64,000 nucleotides of DNA, from assembly GCA_963716255.1 (NCBI GenBank), contig OY970303.1:7936001-8000000 (forward strand), read 5' to 3'. The stretch is from an uncultured Gemmatimonadales bacterium. GTDB taxonomy: Bacteria; Gemmatimonadota; Gemmatimonadetes; Longimicrobiales; Longimicrobiaceae. Every line of letters starts with the position of its first letter. Position 1 is the stretch's first letter. This document shows positions 44,946-56,274 of the stretch, one piece after another. The notes under the pieces were generated by a model that saw only the letters and a list, made by a program, of their open reading frames with translations, had not been told where the DNA came from and ran no database searches. The position numbers were made by a program, and so were the translations under genes.

Positions 44946-47105
44946 ATGAGCTGGACGCTCGACCCCGAATACGAGTCCACGCTGACCGGGGCGGAGATCG
45001 CCATCGTGGGGATGGCCGGCCGCTTCCCCGGCGCCGAGGACCTGGACGCGTTCTGGCGCAACCTGCTGGCCGGCGCCGACACGCTCTCCCGCTTCTCGCG
45101 CGGGGAGCTGGAGCGCGCCGGGATCCCGGCGGAGCTGATCGACGGCGGCTGGGTGCCCGCCGCCGGGGAGATCCCCCGCCCGGACCTGTTCGACGCCGCC
45201 TTCTTCGGCTTCACGGCGCGCGAGGCGGAGATCACCGACCCGCAGCACCGCATCCTCCTGGAGTGCTGCTGGGAGGCCATGGAGCACGCCGGCTACGACC
45301 CGGCCCGCGTCCCCGGGCCGGTGGGCGTCTTCGCCGGGTCCGGCGGGAGCCGCTACCTCAACGTCAACCTGGCCAGCAACCCCGAGCTGGTCGCGCTCGC
45401 CGGGCGGATGGAGGTCACCCTCGCCAACGAGATCGACTTCCTCACCACGCGCGTGTCGTACAAGATGGATCTGCGCGGCCCCAGCGTCCCGGTGAGCACC
45501 GCGTGCTCCACGGGGCTGGTGGCGACGCACTTCGCCTGCCGCTCGCTGCTGGCCGGCGAGTGCGACCTGGCGCTCGCCGGCGGCGTGTCCGTGGCCCACC
45601 CCACGGTGGGCTACCCGTACCAGGAGGGCGGGATCTCGTCGCCGGACGGGTGCTGCCGCTCGTTCGACGCGGAGGCTCGCGGCTCGGTGGCCAGCTCCGG
45701 CGCCGGGGTGGTGCTCCTGCGGCGGCTGGAGGACGCGCTCGCCGACGGCGACACCATCCACGCGGTGATCCGGGGCTCCGCCGTCAACAACGACGGGGCG
45801 GGAAAGATCGGCTTCACCGCGCCCGGGATCGACGGGCAGGCGCGGGTGATCGCCGACGCCCTCGCCATGGCCGAGGTGGAGCCGGCCACCGTGGGCTTCG
45901 TGGAGGGGCACGGCTCCGGGACGCCGCTCGGCGACCAGATCGAGATGACCGCGCTCCGGAAGGTGTTCGCGGACGGGGAGCGCGCGCCGGGGACGCTGGT
46001 GGTGGGGTCCGTGAAGAGCAACATCGGCCACTGCAACGCCGCGGCGGGCGCCGCAGGGCTGATCAAGGCCGCGCTGGCGGTCCGGCACGGCACGGTGCCG
46101 CCCACCGTCCACTTCCGCGGCAGCGACGAGCGGCTGGGGCTGGCCGCCACCCCGCTGTACGTCAGCGCCCGCGCCGAGCCGTGGAGGGTGGAGGGCCCCC
46201 GGCGCGCCGGGGTGTCGTCGTTCGGGCTGGGCGGCACCAACGCGCACGTGGTGCTGGAGGAGCCCCCCGCCCCCGCGCCCTCCGATTCCGCCGCGGAGTG
46301 GCAGCTGCTTGTGCTGAGCGCCCGCAGCGAGGCCGCGCTCGGCGCCGCACGCGACCGGCTGCGCGCGCACCTGGAGGCCCACCCGGAGCTGCCGCTGGCG
46401 GACGTGGCGTGGACGCTCCAGGCGGGGCGCGCGCAGTGGGAGCACCGCTTCGCCGCGGCGTGCCGCGACGCGGCCGGGGCCGCGCGCGCGCTTGCGGAGT
46501 GCGGCGCGGACGCCGCCGCCGGCATGGTCCGCGGCGACGCCGCGGAGCCGCGCCGCGCCCCGCTCCCCCCGCCGGAGGCGCGGGGCGAGGCGCTGCGCGC
46601 CGCGCTTGCCGCGCTGGGGCGCGAGTGGGCCGCGGGCGCCGCGGTGGACTGGGCCGCCCTGCACGGGGGCGGGCGCCGCCGGCGGGTGCCGCTCCCCACC
46701 TACCCCTTCGAGCGCGCGCGCTACTGGGTGGACGCCCGCGCCCCGCGCGCGGCCTCCGCGGAACGCCCCGCCGAGGCCGCCGTCCCGCGCCGCGCCCCGC
46801 GCCCCGCCGTCATGACCGACTACGTGGCGCCCGCCGGCGACCTGGAGCTCAAGGTGGCGGAGGTGTGGGAGGAGCTGCTGGGGATCGAGGGGATCGGCGC
46901 GTACGACGACTTCCTGGAGCTGGGCGGCCACTCGCTTCTGGGCATCCGCCTCCTCGGCCGGCTGCGCGAGCACTTCCAGATCGAGCTCGCGCCCGACGCC
47001 CTGTACACGGCGCCCACCGTCTCGGAGATGTCGGCGCTGATCGAGGCCGTGCTCCTGGCAGAGATCGAGGCGCTCGGCGACGACGAGCTGCTCGAGCTCA
47101 CCTGA
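44946..47105 (+). CDS. PKS1: KS-ACP, AT domain absent
   Basis: IAIVGMAGRFPGA, STACSTG, EGHGSGT, KSNIGH, GVSSFGLGGTNAH. The KS-AT linker joins directly to VDW..LPTYPFER. ACP LGGHSLL. Confidence 0.93.
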   Translation: MSWTLDPEYESTLTGAEIAIVGMAGRFPGAEDLDAFWRNLLAGADTLSRFSRGELERAGIPAELIDGGWVPAAGEIPRPDLFDAAFFGFTAREAEITDPQHRILLECCWEAMEHAGYDPARVPGPVGVFAGSGGSRYLNVNLASNPELVALAGRMEVTLANEIDFLTTRVSYKMDLRGPSVPVSTACSTGLVATHFACRSLLAGECDLALAGGVSVAHPTVGYPYQEGGISSPDGCCRSFDAEARGSVASSGAGVVLLRRLEDALADGDTIHAVIRGSAVNNDGAGKIGFTAPGIDGQARVIADALAMAEVEPATVGFVEGHGSGTPLGDQIEMTALRKVFADGERAPGTLVVGSVKSNIGHCNAAAGAAGLIKAALAVRHGTVPPTVHFRGSDERLGLAATPLYVSARAEPWRVEGPRRAGVSSFGLGGTNAHVVLEEPPAPAPSDSAAEWQLLVLSARSEAALGAARDRLRAHLEAHPELPLADVAWTLQAGRAQWEHRFAAACRDAAGAARALAECGADAAAGMVRGDAAEPRRAPLPPPEARGEALRAALAALGREWAAGAAVDWAALHGGGRRRRVPLPTYPFERARYWVDARAPRAASAERPAEAAVPRRAPRPAVMTDYVAPAGDLELKVAEVWEELLGIEGIGAYDDFLELGGHSLLGIRLLGRLREHFQIELAPDALYTAPTVSEMSALIEAVLLAEIEALGDDELLELT

Positions 47106-47270
47106 CGCGGCGCCGTCCCGGGCGGGGGCGGTCGACAGCGACGCCCCCATCCACGTAACTTGTACGCAGGCTCCCGCGCGCCGCGGCGCCCCGCGCGGCG
47201 GGGCGGCCGTACGGAAGCGGACAGCAACAGCAGGCCGGCCCGTCCCGGCCCACGATCCACCCCGAGAGCC

Positions 47271-50200
47271 ATGCCCGAGAACAACGCGGGAACGAGGGAG
47301 GCGGCGCTCGCCGCCGCGAGGCAGGCGCTCCTCCAGAAGCGCATCCAGGGCGGGAGCGCCGCCGCCGCGCCCCGGGGAATCCCCCGGCGGCCGGACCGCG
47401 GGCGCGCGCCGGCCTCGTTCGCGCAGCAGCGCCTGTGGTTCCTGGACCAGCTCGCCCCCGGGAACGCTTCGTACAACATCCCCGTCCCGGTGCGGATCGA
47501 GGGGCCGCTGGACCCCGCGGTGCTGGAGCGGGCCCTCCGCGAAGTGGTGCGGCGCCAGGAAGCGCTGCGCACCGTCTTCCACGCTGACGAGTCGGGCGCC
47601 CCCGTGCAGGTGATCTCCCCCGCGGCGGAATTCACGCTCGCGGTGAGCGGCCTGGACGCGGTGCCGGAGGAGGAGCGCGCCGCCGAGCTGCGGCGGCGCG
47701 TCCGCGAGGAGGCCGCGCGCCCGTTCGACCTGGCGGCAGGCCCCCTCTTCCGGGCCGAGTTCGTGCGCGTGGCCGCCGGCGAGCACCTGCTGCTGATGTC
47801 GGTGCACCACACCGTGGGCGACGGCTGGTCCACCCGCCTGCTGCTGCGGGAGATCGCCGCGCTGTACGGCGCCTTCGCGCGCGGGCTCCCCTCGCCGCTC
47901 CCCGGGCTGCGCGTGCAGTACGGCGACTTCGCCGTGTGGCAGCGGAACCGGCTGCAGGGCGCCGCCTTCGAAAGGGAGGTGGCGTACTGGACGGAAAAGC
48001 TGCGCGGCGTCCCGCCGCTCCTGGATCTCCCCGCCGACCACCCCCGCCCGGCCGTCCACGGCCACCGCAGCGGGCACCAGCCGCTGTCGGTCGGCCCGGA
48101 GGCCACGGACCGGCTGCGGGCGCTCGCGCGCGAGGAGGGGGCGACGATGTTCAACGTCGTGCTCGCCGCGCTCGCCGCGCACCTGGGGCGCTACGCCCGC
48201 CAGGACGACGTGGTCATAGGCGTCCCCGTGGACAACCGGGCCCTCCCCGAGCTGGAGGAGATCGTCGGCGTCTTCCTCAACACGCTCCCCATCCTCACCT
48301 CGCTGGCGGGGGACCCGCCGCTGCGCGAGCTGGTGCGCCGGGCCCGCGCGGAAACGGCCGGGGCGCTGGCCCACCAGGACGTGCAGTTCGAGAAGCTGGT
48401 GGACGAGCTGAAGATCGAGCGGGACCTGAGCTACCCGCCCGTCTTCCAGGTGATGCTCACCTTCGCCGAGGGCGGCGGACCGGGCGGCGCCGCGCCGGGC
48501 ACCGAAGGGGCGGGGGACGGGGTCGTGTTCGTCCCCATGAGCGGCGACCCGGGGACCGTGTCGTTCGACCTGGTGCTGGCGGCGGGCGCCGGCCCCGGCG
48601 GGATCCGCGGCGGGTGGACGTACAGCGCCGAGCTGTTCGAGCCCGCCGCCATGGAGCGCATGGCCCGCGAGTTCGAGCGGATGCTGGAGCGCGCCGCGGC
48701 CGCCCCCGACCTCCCCCTGTCCGGGCTGTCGGGGCTCGACGGCGCGGAGCGGGACGCGGTGCTGGTGGAGTGGAACCGCACGGAGCGCGCGCTCCCGGCC
48801 GACGGCGGGCTGCACGGCATGTTCGAGGCGGCCGCGAGGCGCACGCCCCACGCCGCGGCGCTGGTGGGGGACGGCGGGCGCTGGACGTTCGCGGAGCTGG
48901 ACCGGCGCGCCGGCCGCCTCGCCGCCGCGCTGCGGGCGCGCGGCGTGGGGCCGGAGGCGCGTGTGGCGGTGTGCACCGGGCGCGGCATGGAGATGGTGGC
49001 CGCGATCCTCGCCGTCCTCAAGGCCGGCGGCGCCTACGTCCCCGTGGACCCCGCGTACCCGCAGGGGCGCATCTCCCACCTGCTGGCGGACTCCGGCGCC
49101 CGCCTGCTGCTCACCGACGCGGCCACGCAGGGCGCCCTGCCGCCCTTCGCGGGCGACGTGCTCCTGCTGGACGCCCCCCCGGCGGCCGGCGGCGAGCCCA
49201 TCGGCGGGACCCTCCTGGACCCCGGGTGCGCCGCGTACGTGATCTACACCTCCGGCTCCACGGGGACCCCCAAGGGCGTGGTGGTCCCGCACCGGGCCGC
49301 CTGCAACACCATCGCCGTCGCCGTGGAGCTGCTGGGCGTGCGGCCCGGCACCCGCGTCGCGCTCACCGCCTCCATCGGCTTCGACGCCGCGGTCCTGGAG
49401 CTGTTCCTCCCGCTGGCGGCCGGCGGCGAGCTGCACCTGGTGGACCGGGACACGGTGCGCTCCTCCGACGAGCTGGGCGCGCTCCTCCGCGAGCGCGAGA
49501 TCGAGGTGTGGGTCACCACCCCCCCGCTGCTGGAGTCGGCCGGCGACGCGCCGCTCCCCGCGCTGCGCGCGCTGGGCGTCGGCGGCGACCGGATCCCGGG
49601 CGCGACGGCGAAGCGCTGGTCGGAGGGGCGGCGGATGTACAACCTGTACGGCCCCACCGAGACCGCGGTGTTCTCCACGGCGCACGCGGTCGCGCCGGGA
49701 GCGGCGGAGTCGCCGCCCATCGGCCGCCCCGTCGGCAACACCCGCGTGTACGTGCTGGACGGAGCGATGAGCCCGGTCGTCCCCGGCATCCCCGGGGAGC
49801 TGTTCGTGGGCGGGCGGGGCGTGGCGCGCGGCTACCTGGGCCGCCCCGAGCTGACGGCCGAGAAGTTCGTCCCCGACCCCTTCTCCGGCGAGCCGGGCGC
49901 GCGGCTCTACCGCACGGGAGACCTGGCCCGGCTGCGGGTGGACGGCGAGCTGGAGTTCCGCGGCCGTGCCGACGCGCAGGTCAAGGTGCGCGGCTTCCGT
50001 ATCGAGCCCGGCGAGGTGGAGGCCGCCCTGCTGGCGCTCGGCGGCTTCCGCGAGGCGGTGGTGGTGGCGCGCGACGACGCGCCCGGCGGCCCGGGGCTGG
50101 TGGCCTACCTGGTGCCGGATGACGCCGGCGCGCCGCCGCGCGACCCGCGGCAGGCGCTCCGCGAGCGCCTGCCGGAGCACATGGTGCCGTCGGTCGTCGT

Positions 50201-50636
50201 CCTCGTGGAATCCATCCCGCGCACTCCCGGCGGCAAGACCGACCGCCGCGCCCTCCCGGCGCCCGGCGCCGCCGCCGCCGAGCACGAGTACGTGGCGCCC
50301 CGCGGCGCCCTGGAAACGCTGCTCGCCGCGGTGTGGGCGGAGGTGCTGGGCCGGGAGCGCGTGGGGATCCGGGACGACTTCTTCGACCTGGGCGGGCACT
50401 CGCTGCTCGCCACGCAGGTGAGCACGCGCCTGGGGGGATCCAGGATCGCGGTCCCCGTGCGGATGCTCTTCCAGCACCCCACGGTGGAGGAGCTGGCGCG
50501 CGCCCTCGCCGACGCCGACCCGCGCCCCGGCCAGACGGAAAAGGTGGCCGCGCTGGTGCTCCGGGTGCGGTCGCTCTCCCCGGAGGCGCGCCGGGACCTC
50601 CTGGAGGGAAAGCGGCCCACGGGGGTGCAGGGATGA
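47271..50636 (+). CDS. NRPS3: C-A-T
   Basis: [41 protein letters not shown]; code DALVGGLVFK (unassigned, hydrophobic). Confidence 0.94.
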   Translation: MPENNAGTREAALAAARQALLQKRIQGGSAAAAPRGIPRRPDRGRAPASFAQQRLWFLDQLAPGNASYNIPVPVRIEGPLDPAVLERALREVVRRQEALRTVFHADESGAPVQVISPAAEFTLAVSGLDAVPEEERAAELRRRVREEAARPFDLAAGPLFRAEFVRVAAGEHLLLMSVHHTVGDGWSTRLLLREIAALYGAFARGLPSPLPGLRVQYGDFAVWQRNRLQGAAFEREVAYWTEKLRGVPPLLDLPADHPRPAVHGHRSGHQPLSVGPEATDRLRALAREEGATMFNVVLAALAAHLGRYARQDDVVIGVPVDNRALPELEEIVGVFLNTLPILTSLAGDPPLRELVRRARAETAGALAHQDVQFEKLVDELKIERDLSYPPVFQVMLTFAEGGGPGGAAPGTEGAGDGVVFVPMSGDPGTVSFDLVLAAGAGPGGIRGGWTYSAELFEPAAMERMAREFERMLERAAAAPDLPLSGLSGLDGAERDAVLVEWNRTERALPADGGLHGMFEAAARRTPHAAALVGDGGRWTFAELDRRAGRLAAALRARGVGPEARVAVCTGRGMEMVAAILAVLKAGGAYVPVDPAYPQGRISHLLADSGARLLLTDAATQGALPPFAGDVLLLDAPPAAGGEPIGGTLLDPGCAAYVIYTSGSTGTPKGVVVPHRAACNTIAVAVELLGVRPGTRVALTASIGFDAAVLELFLPLAAGGELHLVDRDTVRSSDELGALLREREIEVWVTTPPLLESAGDAPLPALRALGVGGDRIPGATAKRWSEGRRMYNLYGPTETAVFSTAHAVAPGAAESPPIGRPVGNTRVYVLDGAMSPVVPGIPGELFVGGRGVARGYLGRPELTAEKFVPDPFSGEPGARLYRTGDLARLRVDGELEFRGRADAQVKVRGFRIEPGEVEAALLALGGFREAVVVARDDAPGGPGLVAYLVPDDAGAPPRDPRQALRERLPEHMVPSVVVLVESIPRTPGGKTDRRALPAPGAAAAEHEYVAPRGALETLLAAVWAEVLGRERVGIRDDFFDLGGHSLLATQVSTRLGGSRIAVPVRMLFQHPTVEELARALADADPRPGQTEKVAALVLRVRSLSPEARRDLLEGKRPTGVQG

Positions 50637-52585
50637 GCGGGGCGGACGCCCGGGCGCCCCACCGCCCGGCGGCCCCCGGCCCCGCCGCCGCCGTGCCCGA
50701 GTGGAACCGCACCGCCGCGGACTACCCGCGCGGCCTGTGCCTGCACCAGCTCTTCGAGGCGCAGGCCGCCCGCACCCCCGGGCACACCGCCGTGGAAGCC
50801 GACGACGGCCGGCTCGACTACGCCGGGCTGGACCGCCGCGCCGCCGCGCTGGCCGCCGCCCTCCGCGCCCGCGGCGTGGGCCCCGAGACCCGCGTGGGGA
50901 TCTTCGTCGAGCGCTCCGTGGAGATGCTGGTCGCGCTGCTCGGCGTGCTCAAGGCAGGCGGCGCCTACCTCCCCCTGGACCCCGCGTACCCCGCCGACCG
51001 CATCGCCTACATCCTGGAGGACTCCGGCGCCCGGCTGGTCCTGGTCCAGGAGGCGACGTGGGAACTGCTCCCGGCGGTGGACGGGGTGGAGGTGCTCGCG
51101 CTCGACGCCCCCCTCCCCACGGACTCCGGGGACGCGCCGCTTTCGCACTCGCCGTCCCCCGAGAACCTGGCCTACGTCATCTACACCTCCGGCTCCACCG
51201 GCAGGCCCAAGGGCGTCCAGCTCCCGCACCGCGCCGTCGTCAACTTCCTGCACACCATGCGGGAGCGGCCGGGGCTGAGCGGGGACGACGTCCTGCTGGC
51301 CGTGACCACGCTGTCGTTCGACATCGCGGGGCTGGAGCTGTTCCTGCCGCTCACGGTGGGGGCCACGGTGGTGGTCGCCGGGCGGGAGACCGCCGCGGAC
51401 GCCCGGCTGCTGGCGGAGCGCATCGCCTCGTGCGGCGCCACCGTGGTGCAGGCGACGCCGGCCACCTGGCGCATGCTGCTGGCGGCGGGGTGGGGGGGGC
51501 GGCCGGCGCTGCGCGCCATGTGTGGCGGCGAGGCGCTGGACGGCGAGCTGGCGAGGCGGCTGCGGCCGCTGGTGGCCGAGCTGTGGAACCTGTACGGGCC
51601 CACCGAGACCACCATCTGGTCCACCGCGCAGCGGGTGGAGTCGCCGGACGGGCCGCCGCCCATCGGCCGGCCCATCGGCAACACGCGCGTGTACGTGCTG
51701 GACGAGGCGCTGGACCCGGTCGCCCTGGGCGTGGAGGGCGAGCTGTGCATCGCCGGCGACGGGGTGGCGCGCGGCTACCTGCACCGCCCCGAGCTGACCG
51801 CCGAGCGCTTCGTCCCCGAGCCGGGCGGGGGCGGCGCCACCATGTACCGCACCGGCGACCTGGTGCGCATCGGCGAGCGCGGCGAGATCCGCTACCTGGG
51901 CCGCATGGACCACCAGGTCAAGGTGCGCGGCTTCCGCATCGAGCTGGGGGAGATCGAGGCCGCACTCGCCCGGCACCCCGCCGTGCGGCAGGCCGTGGTC
52001 GCGGCGCGCGAGGACGGCTCGGGCGAGCGCGCGCTGGTGGCCTACCTGGTCGCCGGGGAGGGCGCGCTCCCCCCGGTGGGCGAGCTGCGCGCCGCGCTCG
52101 CCGAGGCGCTCCCCGAGTACATGGTCCCCGGCGCCTTCGTGGAGCTGCGGTCGTTCCCGCTGACCCCCAACGGCAAGGTGGACCGCCGCGCGCTCCCCGC
52201 CCCGGGCCGGGCCGAGCGCCTGCGCGGCGCCGCCGCGTACGCGCCCCCGCGCACCGCGCTGGAGGAGGTGCTGTGCGCCACCTGGGCGGAGGTGCTGGAC
52301 GTGGAGCGCGTCGGCGTCCGCGACGACGTCCTGGACCTGGGCGCGCACTCCGTCATGGCCACGCAGGTCATCGCCCGCCTGGAGCTGCTCAGGGTCCCCC
52401 TGTCGCTCCGCGACGTGTTCGACGCGCCCACCGTGGAGGGGCTGGCCGCGGCGATCCTCGCCCGCGAGGAGGTCCCCGGACGGACCGAGATGATCGCCGG
52501 GATCCTGAAGAAGGTGAAGGGGATGTCCGCCCAGGAGCGCGGCGCCGCGCTGCGCACCCGGCAGGGCGCGGGGGGGGCGCCGTGA
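50633..52585 (+). CDS. NRPS4: stand-alone A-T didomain, Gly-type
   Basis: ATGA overlap; begins directly at EWNRT with no C domain. Code DILQMGLIWK is close to canonical Gly DILQLGLIWK. T motif LGAHSVMA. Confidence 0.92.
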   Translation: MSGADARAPHRPAAPGPAAAVPEWNRTAADYPRGLCLHQLFEAQAARTPGHTAVEADDGRLDYAGLDRRAAALAAALRARGVGPETRVGIFVERSVEMLVALLGVLKAGGAYLPLDPAYPADRIAYILEDSGARLVLVQEATWELLPAVDGVEVLALDAPLPTDSGDAPLSHSPSPENLAYVIYTSGSTGRPKGVQLPHRAVVNFLHTMRERPGLSGDDVLLAVTTLSFDIAGLELFLPLTVGATVVVAGRETAADARLLAERIASCGATVVQATPATWRMLLAAGWGGRPALRAMCGGEALDGELARRLRPLVAELWNLYGPTETTIWSTAQRVESPDGPPPIGRPIGNTRVYVLDEALDPVALGVEGELCIAGDGVARGYLHRPELTAERFVPEPGGGGATMYRTGDLVRIGERGEIRYLGRMDHQVKVRGFRIELGEIEAALARHPAVRQAVVAAREDGSGERALVAYLVAGEGALPPVGELRAALAEALPEYMVPGAFVELRSFPLTPNGKVDRRALPAPGRAERLRGAAAYAPPRTALEEVLCATWAEVLDVERVGVRDDVLDLGAHSVMATQVIARLELLRVPLSLRDVFDAPTVEGLAAAILAREEVPGRTEMIAGILKKVKGMSAQERGAALRTRQGAGGAP

Positions 52586-55500
52586 GCGCCGGGCCCACCG
52601 GCGGGGGGCTTTCCGCGGAGGAGCTGGAGCTTCTCGCCCTGCTCCTGGACGAGGCGGGGATCGAGTCCGGGGAGGCCGAGCGGATCCCGCCGCGCCGCCC
52701 CGGCCGGCGCGTCCCGCTCACCTTCGCGCAGCGCCGCCTCTGGTTCCTGGACCAGCTGGAGCCCGGAAACCGCATCTACAACGAGGTGCTGGGGCTGCGC
52801 CTTTCCGGCGACCTGGACGCGGCCGCGCTGGAAGCGGCCGTCAACGCGATCGTGCAGCGCCACGAGGCGCTCCGCACCCGCTTCGTGGAGCAGGACGGCG
52901 AGCCGGTGCAGGTGGTGCTCCCGGAGGCGCGCGTCGCCGCCGAGGTGCGCGACCTCGCGGGCCTCCCCGCGGAGGAGCGCATGGCGGAGGTGCGCCGCAT
53001 GGCGGACGCCGCCGCGCACCAGCCCTTCGACCTGGCGCGGGCGCCGCTCATCCGCCTGCTCCTGCTGCGCCTGGAGCCGGGCGAGCACGCGCTGGTGATG
53101 TCCACCCACCACATCGTCAGCGACGGGTGGTCGCAGGGCATCTTCTCGCGCGAGCTGGGGACGCTGTACGAGGCGTTCCGCGCCGGGCGCCCCTCGCCGC
53201 TCCCGCCGCTCACGATCCAGTACGGCGACTTCGCCGTGTGGCAGGAGGAGCACCTGGCCGGCGGCGCCCTGGAGCGCCAGGTCGCGTACTGGAAGGAGCG
53301 ACTGCGCGGCGCGCCCGCGCTGCTGGAGCTCCCCACCGACCGCCCGCGCCCCGCCGAGCAGACCTACCGGGGCTCCGGCTACGAGTTCCACCTCCCCGCC
53401 GACGTGTCGGCGCGGCTCCAGGCGCTGGCCCAGCGCGAGGGCGCCACCCTGTTCATGGTGCTGCTGGCCGCGCTGGGCACCCTGCTCGCCCGCTACACCG
53501 GCGAGGAGGACGTGGTCGTGGGCTCGCCCATCGCCAGCCGCACCCGGCCGGAGCTGGAGGAGCTGATCGGCCTGTTCGCGAACACCCTCCCCATCCGCGT
53601 GGAGCTGGAGGGCGAGCCCACCTTCCGGGAGCTGCTTGCGCGGGTGCGCGAGGCGGTGTTCGAGGACTACGCCAACCAGGACCTCCCCTTCGAGCGGCTG
53701 GTGGAGGAGCTGCGCATCGAGCGCAGCCTCAGCTACAACCCGCTCTACCAGGTGATGCTGGTCCTGCAGAACACGCCGCGCGGCGGGACGGGGCTCACCG
53801 GGCTGGCCATGCGCCCGCTGGAGACCACCCACGACACCGCGAAGCTGGACCTGTCCGCGTGGATGATGGAGACGGGGCAGGGGATCTTCGGGGTGTGGGA
53901 GTTCAGCACCGAGCTCTTCGACCGGGAGACCGTGGCGCGGCTCACCGGCCACTGGATCACGCTGCTCCGCGCGGTGGCGGAGGCGCCGGACCGCCGCGTC
54001 GCCGAGCTGCCGCTGATCGCGCCCGAGGAGCGGACACGCGTCCTGTACACGTGGAACGAGTCGGTGGAGGACGTGTTCGCCGCCGTCCCGGTGCACGAGC
54101 AGTTCGCGGCCCAGGCCGCGCACACCCCCGGCGCGGTGGCCGTGTCCTCCCGCGGCGAAACCCTCACCTACGGCGAGCTGGCCCGCCGAGCCGGCCGCCT
54201 GGCGAGCTTCCTCCGGGCGCGCGGGGTGGGGCCGGAGTCGCGGGTGGGGGTGTGCGTGGAGCGCTCCCCGGAGATGATCGTCGCGCTGCTGGGGGTGCTG
54301 GGGGCGGGCGGCGCCTACGTGCCGCTGGACCCGCAGCTGCCCCGCGAGCGGCTGGCGTTCCTGGTGGAGGACGCGGGGATCGCGGTGCTCCTCACCCAGG
54401 AGCGGCTCTTCGCCGGCCTCCCCGGGAGCGCCGCCGCCGACGTGGTCTTCCTGGACGCGGACCGGGAGCGCATCGACGCGGCGCCGGACGCGGCCCCGGA
54501 GAGCGGCGTCCACCCCGAAAACGCGGCGTACGTGATCTACACCTCGGGCTCCACCGGCCGCCCCAAGGGCGTGGTGGTGCCGCACCGGGCGCTCGCCGGC
54601 TACACCGGCACCGCCCGCGAGGCGTACGGCATAGGGCCGGACGACGCGGTGCTCCAGTTCGCCTCCGTCAGCTTCGACGCGAGCGCCGAGGAGATCTTTC
54701 CCACGCTGGTCGCCGGGGCGCGGCTCGTCCTGCGCACCGAGGAGATGCTGGACTCGCCCGGGGCGTTCCTGGGTGCGTGCCGCGAGTGGGGGATCACCGT
54801 GCTGAACCTGCCCACCGCCTACTGGCACGAGCTGGCGGCCGGGGCGGCCGGCGGCGGCGCAGGCCTGCCCCCGTCGCTGCGGCTGGTGATCATCGGCGGG
54901 GAGCGGGCGCTCCCCGAGCGCCTGCGCGACTGGCGCGGCGCCTTCGGCGACGGCGCGCGGCTGGTGAACACCTACGGCCCCACGGAGGCCACCATCGTCG
55001 CCACCATGGCCGACCTCCCCGCTCGCGGAGGCGGAGAGGGCGCGGCGAGGGCGCCCCGCCACGTCCCCATCGGGCGCCCCGTCCGCGGCACCCGCGCGTA
55101 CGTGCTGGACCCGCGCGGCGAGGCGGTCCCCATCGGCGTTCCCGGCGAGCTGTACCTGGGCGGCGGCGGCGTGGCCCGCGGCTACCTGGACCGCCCCGCC
55201 CTCACCGCCGAGCGCTTCCTCCCGGACCCCTTCGGCCCGGAGCCGGGGGCGCGCGTGTACCGCACCGGGGACCGCGTGCGCTTCCTGGCGGACGGCACGC
55301 TGGAGTTCGTGGGCCGGGTGGACCAGCAGGTGAAGATCCGCGGCTTCCGGGTGGAGCCGGGCGAGATCGAGGCGGCGCTCGCCGCGCGCCCCGGCGTCGC
55401 CGGGGCGGTGGTCGCGGCCCGCGAGGACGCGCCGGGGAGCGTGCGGCTGGTGGCGTACCTGGTGGCCGAGCCGGGCGCGGAGCTGTCCGTGCCGGAGCTG

Positions 55501-55989
55501 CGCGCGGCGCTCCGGGCGGAGCTCCCCGGCTACATGGTCCCGGCGGCGTTCGTGGTGCTGGACGCCTTTCCGCTCACCCGCAGCGGCAAGACGGACCGCC
55601 GCGCCCTCCCCGCCCCCGGCGCCGCCCGCGCCCCGGAGGAGTCCGCCGCCCACGCGGCCCCGCGGAGCGACGTGGAGCGCGCCATCGCGGCGGCGTGGCA
55701 GGAGGTGCTGGGCGTGGACACGGTGGGGCTGGACGACAACTTCTTCGACCTGGGCGGCCACTCGCTCCTGCTGGCGCGCCTCCGCAGCCGCCTCGCCGGC
55801 CGCTTTCCCGGCGAGGTGTCGGTGGTGGTCCTCTTCCGCTACCCCACGGTGCGCTCGCTCGCCGAGCACCTGGCGCGCGGCGACGCCGCGGCGGAAGCCG
55901 CGCCCCCGCAGCGGAGCGAGGAGGAGGTCGAGAGCCGCCGCGCCGCCATGCGCCGCCGCCGCGACCTCAAGAAGGAGCTGGACGGTTGA
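52582..55989 (+). CDS. NRPS5: C-A-T, basic-residue-type A
   Basis: GTGA overlap; HHIVSDGWS; code [18 protein letters not shown]. Confidence 0.94.
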   Translation: MSAGPTGGGLSAEELELLALLLDEAGIESGEAERIPPRRPGRRVPLTFAQRRLWFLDQLEPGNRIYNEVLGLRLSGDLDAAALEAAVNAIVQRHEALRTRFVEQDGEPVQVVLPEARVAAEVRDLAGLPAEERMAEVRRMADAAAHQPFDLARAPLIRLLLLRLEPGEHALVMSTHHIVSDGWSQGIFSRELGTLYEAFRAGRPSPLPPLTIQYGDFAVWQEEHLAGGALERQVAYWKERLRGAPALLELPTDRPRPAEQTYRGSGYEFHLPADVSARLQALAQREGATLFMVLLAALGTLLARYTGEEDVVVGSPIASRTRPELEELIGLFANTLPIRVELEGEPTFRELLARVREAVFEDYANQDLPFERLVEELRIERSLSYNPLYQVMLVLQNTPRGGTGLTGLAMRPLETTHDTAKLDLSAWMMETGQGIFGVWEFSTELFDRETVARLTGHWITLLRAVAEAPDRRVAELPLIAPEERTRVLYTWNESVEDVFAAVPVHEQFAAQAAHTPGAVAVSSRGETLTYGELARRAGRLASFLRARGVGPESRVGVCVERSPEMIVALLGVLGAGGAYVPLDPQLPRERLAFLVEDAGIAVLLTQERLFAGLPGSAAADVVFLDADRERIDAAPDAAPESGVHPENAAYVIYTSGSTGRPKGVVVPHRALAGYTGTAREAYGIGPDDAVLQFASVSFDASAEEIFPTLVAGARLVLRTEEMLDSPGAFLGACREWGITVLNLPTAYWHELAAGAAGGGAGLPPSLRLVIIGGERALPERLRDWRGAFGDGARLVNTYGPTEATIVATMADLPARGGGEGAARAPRHVPIGRPVRGTRAYVLDPRGEAVPIGVPGELYLGGGGVARGYLDRPALTAERFLPDPFGPEPGARVYRTGDRVRFLADGTLEFVGRVDQQVKIRGFRVEPGEIEAALAARPGVAGAVVAAREDAPGSVRLVAYLVAEPGAELSVPELRAALRAELPGYMVPAAFVVLDAFPLTRSGKTDRRALPAPGAARAPEESAAHAAPRSDVERAIAAAWQEVLGVDTVGLDDNFFDLGGHSLLLARLRSRLAGRFPGEVSVVVLFRYPTVRSLAEHLARGDAAAEAAPPQRSEEEVESRRAAMRRRRDLKKELDG

Positions 55990-55994
55990 GGCGC

Positions 55995-56221
55995 GGCCCT
56001 CACCCGGCGGCCTCAGAGCCGCCACCCTCTCCCAATTCTGGGAGAGGGGGCAACTCCTGGATCTTGAGTACGGGCAGGCGGTTGCGTGAGGGATTCCGGC
56101 CCGGAGGGGCGAGACCCGGCGGGGCTGTTTCCGCCGGGGCTCGACTCCGTTGGCGAGCGTGGTTTGCTCGCTTACGGAGCCGAAGCCCGACCCCGGCGCC
56201 AGCCGGGGGCACGCCCCAACC
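55995..56221 (-). repeat. Composite hairpin repeat, copy 5 (D' 55995-56050, A 56084-56221), inside the BGC
   Basis: Module A is inverted, between NRPS5 and PKS2. Confidence 0.88.
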
Positions 56222-56274
56222 TGCAGTTATCAGCAGCCGTTCAAAGCAGTTTTCAACCGGATCCCAGTGAGACG

